Origin: Pseudomonadota bacterium
GTDB lineage: Bacteria > Bdellovibrionota_F > JAHFAK01 > JBDREC01
Assembly (NCBI GenBank): GCA_043820105.1
Contig: JBDREC010000041.1
Location: 50,258 to 70,257, forward strand
Length of the DNA: 20,000 nt
Reading direction: 5' to 3'
In this document: piece after piece, positions 1 to 7,778 of the stretch
Layout of the letters: every line of letters starts with the position of its first letter
Numbering within the stretch: the stretch's first letter is position 1
Made by a program: the position numbers and the translations under genes
Notes under the pieces: model-generated
What the model saw: the letters and a program-made list of their open reading frames with translations, nothing else
Databases searched by the model: none
What the model was told of the DNA's origin: nothing

Positions 1-387
1 TTCATATTTAGGAGTTGAAGAAAGCAAAATCCAATCTTCCTGGACAGTAATATCAACATACTCGACATTGTAAGTTGAAACATACCTTGGATAGTTCGAA
101 ACATAAACAGTACCTGGAATAATAGGTCTTGGAACTATTGGAATAATTGGTGGAACAGGTTTTATATATACATGTGGCACATAAGGTCTATATGGTCTAC
201 TATATGCTGCTCTGTAAAAAGGACCAGGTCTAAGACTTGCTGACATAATTGCAGTATGATTTTTATAATACCTATTATTATTATGGTAATAGGGATTTGG
301 TCCTTTACAAGAGGAAATCAAAAGAGTGCACAAAAATGCAAAGGCCCAAAAAATATTGATAAAAACAATTAATCTTGTTTTTTTCAT
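1..387 (-). CDS. Putative lipoprotein, Pro/Tyr-rich N-terminal region (partial; runs off the left edge)
   Basis: Not in the ORF track; translated by hand. ATG at 387 with GGAG upstream. MKKTRLIVFINIFWAFAFLCTLLISSC has a hydrophobic leader and lipobox LISS-C, then KGPNPYYHNNNRYY...PVPPIIPIVPRPIIPG. The frame is open to base 1. Confidence 0.75.
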   Translation of the reverse strand, partial: MKKTRLIVFINIFWAFAFLCTLLISSCKGPNPYYHNNNRYYKNHTAIMSASLRPGPFYRAAYSRPYRPYVPHVYIKPVPPIIPIVPRPIIPGTVYVSNYPRYVSTYNVEYVDITVQEDWILLSSTPKYE

Positions 388-513
388 AAGGGGTCTCCCG
401 ATTAGTGAACAAAAGTTCTAAATACACAATCCCCATATAAGGCTGAAGCACATACACATAAATTATTTAACGCGAACTGTCAAGGTAATTGTAGAACATA
501 AAGGAAGTTATTA

Positions 514-1953
514 CTAATTTGCATTCTCTTCGGCAAGAATTCTTTCTTTTTCAATATTTGAAAGTGATTCTTCAGAAATGCCAGTTGGATATTCTCCAGA
601 AAAGCAGGCATAGCAGCATTTTTGGTCATGGTACACTGATTTTAGGTCTTCAATAGTTTGATAAACCAGGGCATCAGCTCCAATATAATCTTCAATTTCC
701 TTGTTGCCTTTACCAGAAGCAATTAGGTGTGTTTTTATTGACATATCAATACCATAAACACATCTGCACTTTACAGGTGGAGCAGCTGAAATGAAATAAA
801 CTTCTTTTGCGCCAAAATCTTTAAGCATTTTTACGATATGCCTGGAGGTTGTTCCTCTGACTATTGAATCATCAGCCACTGCCACTTTCTTGCCTTTTAT
901 TATGTCGCGAATAGGATTTAATTTTTGTCTAACAGCTAATTCTCTTTCCTTTTGGGAAGGTAGGATAAAGCTTCTGCCAATAAAATTATTTTTTGAAAAT
1001 CCCCTTCTATAAGGAACTTTTAAAACTTCAGCAAGTCCAGAGGCAAAGAAATAAGCAGAATTTGGCACATCAATAATAATATCTGGATTAAGACCTCTTG
1101 TTTTAATTCTTTCAGCCAATATTTTACCCATTTTCACGCGCTCAGTTGCAACAAGCTTTTTATTAATTATTGAATCTTCTTTGGCAAAATAAATATATTC
1201 AAAAACACAGAAACTATCTCCTTGTCTATGGCATATCTTTGAATGTATTTTCTTCTCATTATCTATAAAAACAGCTTCCCCTGGTTCTAAATCTCTAACA
1301 AGTTTATAACCCAAAAAATCAAAACAAGTAGATTCTGAACAAAAGGCATATGCTGGCCCTTTATCAGTTTCCTTCATACCCATTACAATCGGCCTAATCC
1401 CATAAGGATCTGCAAAAGCCAAAATTCCCTTATTCGCTACAATTGTGACTGTTGAGTAAGCTCCCTCAATCATTTTTTGAGTATCTGCAACAGCGTCAAA
1501 AATATCATCAATTTCAAGATTTTTTAAATCCTTTTTTTCAAGCTGGGCAGCCAGGGTATATAAAATTAAAGCCACATCATTTGATGTATCTAAAAGGCGA
1601 TGATAATCTTCAAGCAGTTTTTTTCTAATGCTTTGGAAATTGGTAACATTGCCATTATGAACCATGGCAAGGCCATAGGGATAGTTGAGAAAAAACGGTT
1701 GAACGTCAAGCTCTTCTCCTGCACCAACAGTTGAATAACGAACATGGCCTAAACCAATATTTCCACTTAAACGTTTAAGATTTTTTTCTTTAAAAACTGA
1801 GCTAACATAGCCAAGGCCTTTTTTTAGACGAAAAGTTTCGTCAAAAGTAACCATACCAGCTGCGTCTTGACCTCTGTGCTGTATAGAAGTCAAACCCATA
1901 AGAAGTTCTTCAGAAACATCATCATTACCATAGATGCCAAGAATTCCGCACAT
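514..1953 (-). CDS. purF: Amidophosphoribosyltransferase (Fe-S type, no propeptide)
   Basis: MCGI N-terminal nucleophile, QHRGQD, GHVRYST, HNGN, PRPP loop DDSIVRGTT, and Cys at the [4Fe-4S] ligand positions (FCVFEYIYF, CVYGID, CYACFSG). Confidence 0.98.
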   Translation of the reverse strand: MCGILGIYGNDDVSEELLMGLTSIQHRGQDAAGMVTFDETFRLKKGLGYVSSVFKEKNLKRLSGNIGLGHVRYSTVGAGEELDVQPFFLNYPYGLAMVHNGNVTNFQSIRKKLLEDYHRLLDTSNDVALILYTLAAQLEKKDLKNLEIDDIFDAVADTQKMIEGAYSTVTIVANKGILAFADPYGIRPIVMGMKETDKGPAYAFCSESTCFDFLGYKLVRDLEPGEAVFIDNEKKIHSKICHRQGDSFCVFEYIYFAKEDSIINKKLVATERVKMGKILAERIKTRGLNPDIIIDVPNSAYFFASGLAEVLKVPYRRGFSKNNFIGRSFILPSQKERELAVRQKLNPIRDIIKGKKVAVADDSIVRGTTSRHIVKMLKDFGAKEVYFISAAPPVKCRCVYGIDMSIKTHLIASGKGNKEIEDYIGADALVYQTIEDLKSVYHDQKCCYACFSGEYPTGISEESLSNIEKERILAEENAN

Positions 1954-1972
1954 AAAAAGGCTCCGCCTTTTT
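1954..1972 (-). promoter_or_regulatory. Perfect 8-bp hairpin containing the purF Shine-Dalgarno sequence
   Basis: The minus strand reads AAAAAGGC-GGA-GCCTTTTT immediately followed by the purF ATG. Confidence 0.55.
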
Positions 1973-2036
1973 GGTATTCAGTATTTAGTATTTAGTATTT
2001 GGTTATTAAAGCACTTACCAAATGCCAAATACTATA
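1972..2036. repeat. Heptamer tandem array (TAGTATT-type) with an inverted counterpart
   Basis: TGGTATT CAGTATT TAGTATT TAGTATT at 1972-1999 and TACCAAA TGCCAAA TACTATA at 2016-2036. TAGTATTTGG (1993-2002) is the reverse complement of CCAAATACTA (2025-2034). Confidence 0.85.
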
Positions 2037-2050
2037 AACCGTATACCGAA

Positions 2051-2497
2051 TTATCTTCCGTGAATTAATATTTTATTTCCATCTTCAAATAAAACTTCGA
2101 TTTTTGATCCAAGTTCTTTTATTACAAAACCTTTTCCAAAGGTTTTATGATCAATAATGTCAGCTGGCACAAATTTAGAACTAATGCTATACATTCGCAC
2201 ATCTTCCATAGTAGTGGCGGCAATTAATTGATGCCATTGTGAAATTTGTTCTGTTTTTGTAGGTTTGCTTTTTGTTTTTGCAATCTTTTTACTTTTTGTT
2301 TTTTTCTCTTCTTTTTTGGCAGCTTCTTTTATACCCTTTGCAGGACGATAATTGTGCTCTGACTTACATGTCAAACATACAACTCTCGCTACTAATCCGT
2401 CTACATGCGCTACAACTCTATGACCAAGATCCATGCGACACTTTGTACAATAACAAACAAGATCTTTGCCAACTGGTGTTTTTGTTATGTCTTTCAT
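2051..2497 (-). CDS. Hypothetical protein: N-terminal Zn ribbon, Lys-rich linker, C-terminal PcrA/UvrD-CTD Tudor-like domain
   Basis: CTKC...H...CLTC...H, then a Lys-rich linker. The C-terminus FVPADIIDHKTFGKGFV...IEVLFEDGNKIL resembles the H-x-x-FG-x-G-x-V...V-x-F...G-x-K pattern of UvrD/PcrA C-terminal domains. SD AAGGA. Confidence 0.75.
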   Translation of the reverse strand: MKDITKTPVGKDLVCYCTKCRMDLGHRVVAHVDGLVARVVCLTCKSEHNYRPAKGIKEAAKKEEKKTKSKKIAKTKSKPTKTEQISQWHQLIAATTMEDVRMYSISSKFVPADIIDHKTFGKGFVIKELGSKIEVLFEDGNKILIHGR

Positions 2498-2511
2498 TCT
2501 TTTCCTTTGTG

Positions 2512-3085
2512 TTATTTATTTTCAAACAGCTCTTTTATCACCGTACTGTAAAATTTATGTTCTACGTTTAAGCCCTTTTCTTCAACTTCAGAAAGTGTTT
2601 TACAAAAACTTAAGTCAACATCTGCTTGTTTGATGATTTTTCCTGTATCTACACCTGAGTCAACATAATGAACCGTAATTTTTGTGCGAGACATTTTTTT
2701 ATTAAAGGCCCATTCATAAGCATGTGCCCCTTGATACTCTTTAGTATCAGCTGGATGAATATTAATTATTCTTCCTTTGTAATAATTTACAAATAATGGT
2801 GACAATATTCTCATAAATCCAGCCAGGATTATATAGTCAGGATTATATTTAGCAAGAACTTCTATCATTTTTTTTTTCAAACTCTTCTCTGGATCTTTTT
2901 TTAGAGTTAACTAATTCGGTTTTTATTCCCATTTTACTGGCTAATTCTAGCCCTTTAGCTCCTTTTTTATTTGAAAGAACACAGGATATTTCACAAACAT
3001 CCTTTAAAATGCCATTTTTGGCATTTTTAGCAATAGCTATCATGTTTGAACCGCGACCAGAGATAAGTATAGCAATTTTTTTCAC
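2512..3085 (-). pseudogene. purN: Phosphoribosylglycinamide formyltransferase, frameshifted in an A10 homopolymer (2868-2877)
   Basis: The 5' ORF (GTG 3085) has IAILISGRGSN. The 3' ORF has LAGFMRIL, INIHP and HYVDSGVDTG. Removing one A joins them (…SREEFEKKMIEVLAKY…) into a 190-aa PurN. Confidence 0.93.
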
Positions 3086-3110
3086 GAATAGCTTCCTGTT
3101 GAGAATTGAA

Positions 3111-3145
3111 AATAATCAATAATTAATAATTAATAATTAATAATT
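3111..3145. repeat. Heptamer tandem array (AATAATT)x5
   Basis: AATAATC followed by four AATAATT in the purD-purN spacer. Confidence 0.8.
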
Positions 3146-3157
3146 AATTAAAGATAC

Positions 3158-4405
3158 TTACAACTTATTAATCCTCATTCCAATATCTTTCCTATAATAA
3201 ACATCCCTAAATTCAATCTTTTTTACTTCTTCATAAACTTTTTCTATGGCTTTTTTTAAAACTTTATCATGAGCTATAATATTAAGCACTCTTCCTCCTG
3301 AGTTGACAAGATTACCATTGTCAATCTTAGTTCCTGCATGAAAAACAAGAGAATCATTATTGAGCTTATCAAGACCGCTTATCTTAAAACCTTTTTCATA
3401 TGATTTTGGATAGCCTCCTGAAGCTAAAACTACATCAACATAGTAAGCTTCATTAAACTCTATGTTTAATTTTTCAAAGTTTCCATTAAAGCAGGATAAA
3501 ATTATTTCTAAGAGATCTGTTTTTAATGCAGGCAGTATTACTTCAGCTTCAGGATCACCAAAGCGCACATTATATTCTAAGACTTTGGGCCCATCTTGGG
3601 TAAGCATTAAGCCAAAATATACTATACCTACATAATCATAGACTTCGCTTCTTAGACCTTCCATTGTTGGATTTACAATATTTTGGCAAATAAGTTCCAT
3701 CATTTCTTCATTACAAAAATCTACAGGGCAAAAAGCTCCCATTCCTCCGGTATTAGGTCCTTGGTCATTTTCTAAAAGTTGTTTGTGGTCTTGTGAGGTC
3801 TGCAAGAGTTTAATTGATTTACCATCTGTAATTCCAATAATAGACAGTTCAACACCTTCTAGCTTTTCTTCAACAAAGAATTTTGCATCTTTACCAAATG
3901 AATTTTGCATATCATTTAAGGCTAATTTTGCTTCCTCAATATTTGCACAAACATATACACCTTTTCCAGCAGCTAAGCCGTCAAATTTAATAACTACATT
4001 TCCTTGATAACCAGAGATTATATCTTCAGCGCTTTTTATGTTATTAAATAAATGGAATTTTGCAGTTGCTACACCATATTTAGACATAAACTCTTTTGCA
4101 TAAAGTTTGGAACTTTCAAGCATGGCTCCTTGCTTACTAGGCCCAAAAACAAATATTTCTTTCTCTTTAAAGTAATCATAAATACCTTCTGCTAACACTG
4201 CCTCAGGGCCTGGGATAATAAGCTTGATATCATTTTCCACACAAGCTTTTTCAATGGCTTGAAAATCACTTGGAGCAATTGCAAGGTTATTCTCAGTTCC
4301 ACCATTTCCAGGTATTACAAAGACATTTGAAACAATAGGACTTTGTTTTATTTTCCATTCTAAAACATGCTCTCTTCCACCTGAGCCGATTATAGCGACA
4401 TTCAT
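3158..4405 (-). CDS. purD: Phosphoribosylamine-glycine ligase
   Basis: IGSGGREH, GPE, LESSK, DGLAAGKGV, QDHK, GPNTGGMGA, EYNVRFGDPE, GGRVL, YRKDIG. Confidence 0.98.
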   Translation of the reverse strand: MNVAIIGSGGREHVLEWKIKQSPIVSNVFVIPGNGGTENNLAIAPSDFQAIEKACVENDIKLIIPGPEAVLAEGIYDYFKEKEIFVFGPSKQGAMLESSKLYAKEFMSKYGVATAKFHLFNNIKSAEDIISGYQGNVVIKFDGLAAGKGVYVCANIEEAKLALNDMQNSFGKDAKFFVEEKLEGVELSIIGITDGKSIKLLQTSQDHKQLLENDQGPNTGGMGAFCPVDFCNEEMMELICQNIVNPTMEGLRSEVYDYVGIVYFGLMLTQDGPKVLEYNVRFGDPEAEVILPALKTDLLEIILSCFNGNFEKLNIEFNEAYYVDVVLASGGYPKSYEKGFKISGLDKLNNDSLVFHAGTKIDNGNLVNSGGRVLNIIAHDKVLKKAIEKVYEEVKKIEFRDVYYRKDIGMRINKL

Positions 4406-5748
4406 GATATCTCCTCTAATAGCATATCACATAACTTACTTGCTTCACCTATATATTCATGAATTTTTAGAGCGTGCAATTTCTTTTTGATTTCTTTATC
4501 AACATTTAACTCGTCTATAAATGTACTTAAATCTTCATCTGTAAGTTTTTTACCTCTAGACAAACCTTTTAACATTCCATATGGATCATCAATATTTGTT
4601 GTTCTTAATATTGATTGAATTGGTTCAGCTAGAAGCTCAAGGCTATTTTGAAGCTCTTGTTTGCAGACATCAGAATTTACATCTAATTTATTTAGCCCTT
4701 TTAAGGTTTCTTTTAAGGCTAAATATGAATGAGAAAGCGCTACCCCCATATTTCGCTGAACCGTACTATCTGAAAGATCTCTTTGCATTCTCGAGCGACA
4801 AAGTTTGTCAGATAGAAAAGAAAGCAAGGCATTAGACAACAAAAGATTTCCTTCAGCATTTTCAAAGTTAATTGGATTTACTTTATGTGGCATTGTTGAA
4901 GATCCAACCTCTTCTTCTTTTGTTTTTTCAATTAGGTACCCTCTTGAAATATATTCCCAACAATCCTGATCAAGATCAATAACAATATTATTTAGCATTC
5001 GAACAATATTAAAAAACTCGGCCCAATTATCATGACTCTCTATTTGTGTAGTATATAAATTAGGTGCAAGCTTTAATCTTAAAACAAACTTATTAGAAAA
5101 CTCTATCCAGTTATAATCAGGAAATGCAGATTTTATAGCAGAATAATTACCAGTAGCTCCATTTAATTTTCCTGCAAAATTAATTTTTTCTAATTTAAAT
5201 ACTTGTTTGTGAATTCTGGATAAAAAAACAGCAAATTCTTTGCCAATTGTTGTTGGAGAAGCTTTTTGACCATGAGTTCTGGCACAAAAAACCAGGCTTT
5301 TCCATTTGCCAACCATTTCAATTAGCATATTTTCTATTTCTTTTATCTTAGGAAGGAACTCTTTTTCTAAAAACTGTTTTAAAAGAAGTGAATAAGCAAG
5401 GTTATTAACATCTTCAGAGGTTAAACCTATATGAATAATATTATTATTTTCTAAATTTAAATAATCTTGCAGAAAAAGTTCAACTGATTTCACATCGTGA
5501 TTTGTCAGCTTTTCTTTTTGTTTAATAAGCCTATAATCTTCAATAGTAAAATCATTTATTATTCTTTTTATCTTATTTTTATTATCCGCACCAAGTATCC
5601 CAAATAATTTTGTTTCATACAAAGCAAGTATGTAGAAAGACTCAATTACAGTCCTTGCCCTCATTAAGGCAAATTCAGAAAAATAATTTCCCAGTTGTGC
5701 AATTTTGTCTTTATATCTTCCATCAAGAGGGGATATTTCGAATTCCAT
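4402..5748 (-). CDS. purB: Adenylosuccinate lyase (E. coli-type)
   Basis: ISPLDGRY, TNHDVK, TSEDVNN, RTHGQ, GSSTMPHKVNPINFENAEGN, SRMQRDLSDST. ATGA overlap with purD. SD AAGGAG. Confidence 0.98.
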   Translation of the reverse strand: MEFEISPLDGRYKDKIAQLGNYFSEFALMRARTVIESFYILALYETKLFGILGADNKNKIKRIINDFTIEDYRLIKQKEKLTNHDVKSVELFLQDYLNLENNNIIHIGLTSEDVNNLAYSLLLKQFLEKEFLPKIKEIENMLIEMVGKWKSLVFCARTHGQKASPTTIGKEFAVFLSRIHKQVFKLEKINFAGKLNGATGNYSAIKSAFPDYNWIEFSNKFVLRLKLAPNLYTTQIESHDNWAEFFNIVRMLNNIVIDLDQDCWEYISRGYLIEKTKEEEVGSSTMPHKVNPINFENAEGNLLLSNALLSFLSDKLCRSRMQRDLSDSTVQRNMGVALSHSYLALKETLKGLNKLDVNSDVCKQELQNSLELLAEPIQSILRTTNIDDPYGMLKGLSRGKKLTDEDLSTFIDELNVDKEIKKKLHALKIHEYIGEASKLCDMLLEEIS

Positions 5749-5767
5749 TAATTACTCCTTGTTGATA

Positions 5768-5792
5768 TGGTTGCTAGTTGCTGGTTGCTGGT
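5768..5792. repeat. Heptamer tandem array (TRGTTGC)x3.5
   Basis: TGGTTGC TAGTTGC TGGTTGC TGGT upstream of the purB SD. Confidence 0.8.
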
Positions 5793-5814
5793 GTGAAAAG
5801 TTATTGATGGCATT

Positions 5815-6228
5815 TTATAGGTCCTCGCTGGAAATTACTTTTATTTTATTTTTTAATAAAAGTTTCGTTGTAATTCCCTGACCAGCAATAAGGGTTAGGT
5901 TGAAATTTCCATTATAGATTTTTTTAACACCACATGAAGGCGAACGTTCTTGCATAATGGCTTTATCACATCCATACATAAGTGCAATTTTCAAAGTTTC
6001 TAGTGCTCCTTTTTCAAATTGAGAATTCACACAAATTCCATCCTGGTTCACTACTTTTCCATTTTTAATTTCACTTGGCTTTCTTGGTGTCGAAAGACCC
6101 CCAAGCTGCTCAGGGCAAACTAAAATCACCTTACCATCTTTGACAAGCCTAATTACTTTTTCACTATAATTATTCACCCCATCATATCTACAATTCACAC
6201 CAGCCAAACAGGCACTAACAATAATCAT
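5815..6228 (-). CDS. DUF523 / 2-thiouracil desulfurase (TudS) family [4Fe-4S] protein
   Basis: VSACLAGVNCRYDG, VCPEQLGGLSTPR and ERSPSCG are the hallmark DUF523 motifs. Confidence 0.92.
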   Translation of the reverse strand: MIIVSACLAGVNCRYDGVNNYSEKVIRLVKDGKVILVCPEQLGGLSTPRKPSEIKNGKVVNQDGICVNSQFEKGALETLKIALMYGCDKAIMQERSPSCGVKKIYNGNFNLTLIAGQGITTKLLLKNKIKVISSEDL

Positions 6229-6253
6229 ATCTTTTCCTTAATTACCCATCACT

Positions 6254-6309
6254 TTAACTCTTAACTCTTAACTCTTAACTCTTAACTCTTAACTCTTAAC
6301 TCTTCACTC
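6254..6309. repeat. Heptamer tandem array (TTAACTC)x7 plus one imperfect copy
   Basis: Seven perfect copies at 6254-6302, then TTCACTC (6303-6309), which contains the purC-purE stop codon. Confidence 0.95.
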
Positions 6310-7689
6310 AGAACTCCTAACACTTTCATCATTATGCCTTAGTTCGTCTTTCATTGTTTTTATTTCTTCATTAAATCTTTCTTTTAACCTGGGCAAATTC
6401 AAACTTCTTAATGCAGCTAAAGCTGCATTGTGGGTTTTAATAACTGTAGCTGCTGGAACTAGTGATGGCATCATTAATGAAGAATTAATATTTAGCAATA
6501 AATCAGTCTGATCTTTAAATGGAGGACATGAAAACACAGGAATTGACAAATTAGCAGCCAGGGCTCCACCTAAGCCATTTGAAAAACCAGCGATTGCTAC
6601 AATTGCTCCAGGCTCAACTGATGTATTATAGACTTCAGCTAAAGATAAAATATCCTCGCCATTTTTATGAGCTGAACAAACTCTTATATCACTATAAATA
6701 TCATATTCATTTAAATGTTTTTTTATTTTATTGGCGTGATCAATGTCTGTGCTTGAACCCATAATTAGAATAACATATCCATCTTTAATTAGCTTATTTT
6801 TAACTAAATTATGTCTCACTCTTTGATAAACATCCTCACATATTCCAATCTTTTTGCCTGTAATTTTCTCACAAATATATATATATCTATTCTGAGTTTC
6901 TTTGATAACCTTTTCAGGCAAAGCATTTGGATATTGGCCATCTTTTTTATTTGCAATTAACCAAAGCCGAACAAACTCTTTATCCATTTGTTCCACATTC
7001 TCAGGATCTGCCTTATATTTTTCAACATCCCAAAACCTAGATGAATCTGGGGTATGAATCTCATCAATTAAAATTAAGTCGCCATCATAAATTCCAAATT
7101 CGTATTTTGTATCGACTAAAATAATTCCTTTTTCAGAAAGAATTTCAGTTCCTCGTTTAAATAAAGCTAGGGCTGCATTTTCCATTTGTTTATAAAGTCT
7201 TTTTCTACACAGACCTTCCATAAGAATTTGGGCTGGAGTAATTTCCCGATCTGATTCTTCTTTTGTAGTTGGAGTTAAAATTGGATTTGGAAGCTGTTGG
7301 TTTTTTGTAAGACCATCAGCTACTTCAACACCTGAAAAAATTCTTTTTCCTTTTTCATAATTTCTCCACATTGATCCTGACAAATAATTTCTAACAACCA
7401 TTTCAACTCTTATTGGTTCTGCTTCTTTAACGATATTAATGCTTGGATCAATTTCCTTAAGTAAATGATTAGGTATTATGTCCTTTGTCTTTTCAAACCA
7501 AAAATTGGAAATTGTATTTAGCACAGCCCCCTTGCATGGTATAGAAGTCTTCAAAACAGAATCAAAAGCAGAAATCCGATCTGTAACTACAATCATTCTT
7601 GATTCTTTGTTAAAACGAAAACTATCACGAACCTTGCCTTTGTGAATTAGAGCTAATTGAGGAGTGGTAAAAGATGTTAAACAATTCAT
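6304..7689 (-). CDS. purC: Bifunctional SAICAR synthetase (PurC) / class II AIR carboxylase (PurE) fusion
   Basis: N-terminal GKVRD, TDRISAFD, PTTK, LVDTKYEFG, DEIHTPDSSRFW, DKEFVR. C-terminal IMGSSTD, VCSAHK, AGFSNGLG, PVFSCPP. Confidence 0.95.
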   Translation of the reverse strand: MNCLTSFTTPQLALIHKGKVRDSFRFNKESRMIVVTDRISAFDSVLKTSIPCKGAVLNTISNFWFEKTKDIIPNHLLKEIDPSINIVKEAEPIRVEMVVRNYLSGSMWRNYEKGKRIFSGVEVADGLTKNQQLPNPILTPTTKEESDREITPAQILMEGLCRKRLYKQMENAALALFKRGTEILSEKGIILVDTKYEFGIYDGDLILIDEIHTPDSSRFWDVEKYKADPENVEQMDKEFVRLWLIANKKDGQYPNALPEKVIKETQNRYIYICEKITGKKIGICEDVYQRVRHNLVKNKLIKDGYVILIMGSSTDIDHANKIKKHLNEYDIYSDIRVCSAHKNGEDILSLAEVYNTSVEPGAIVAIAGFSNGLGGALAANLSIPVFSCPPFKDQTDLLLNINSSLMMPSLVPAATVIKTHNAALAALRSLNLPRLKERFNEEIKTMKDELRHNDESVRSSE

Positions 7690-7710
7690 ATTTATTCCTT
7701 ATAAAAAGCA

Positions 7711-7777
7711 AAGTCATAAGTCGTATGTCGTAAGTCGTAAAAACTTACCACTTACCACTTACCTCTTACCACTTATT
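7711..7777. repeat. Two facing heptamer arrays (AAGTCGT)x4 and (ACTTACC)x5
   Basis: AAGTCAT AAGTCGT ATGTCGT AAGTCGT at 7711-7738, then ACTTACC x3, TCTTACC, ACTTATT at 7743-7777. The GTAAGT and ACTTAC cores are complementary. Confidence 0.9.
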
Positions 7778-7778
7778 A

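Noticed and set aside
455..483. Perfect TTGACA on the minus strand upstream of the 387 lipoprotein
   Set aside because: No convincing -10 element at 16-18 nt spacing.
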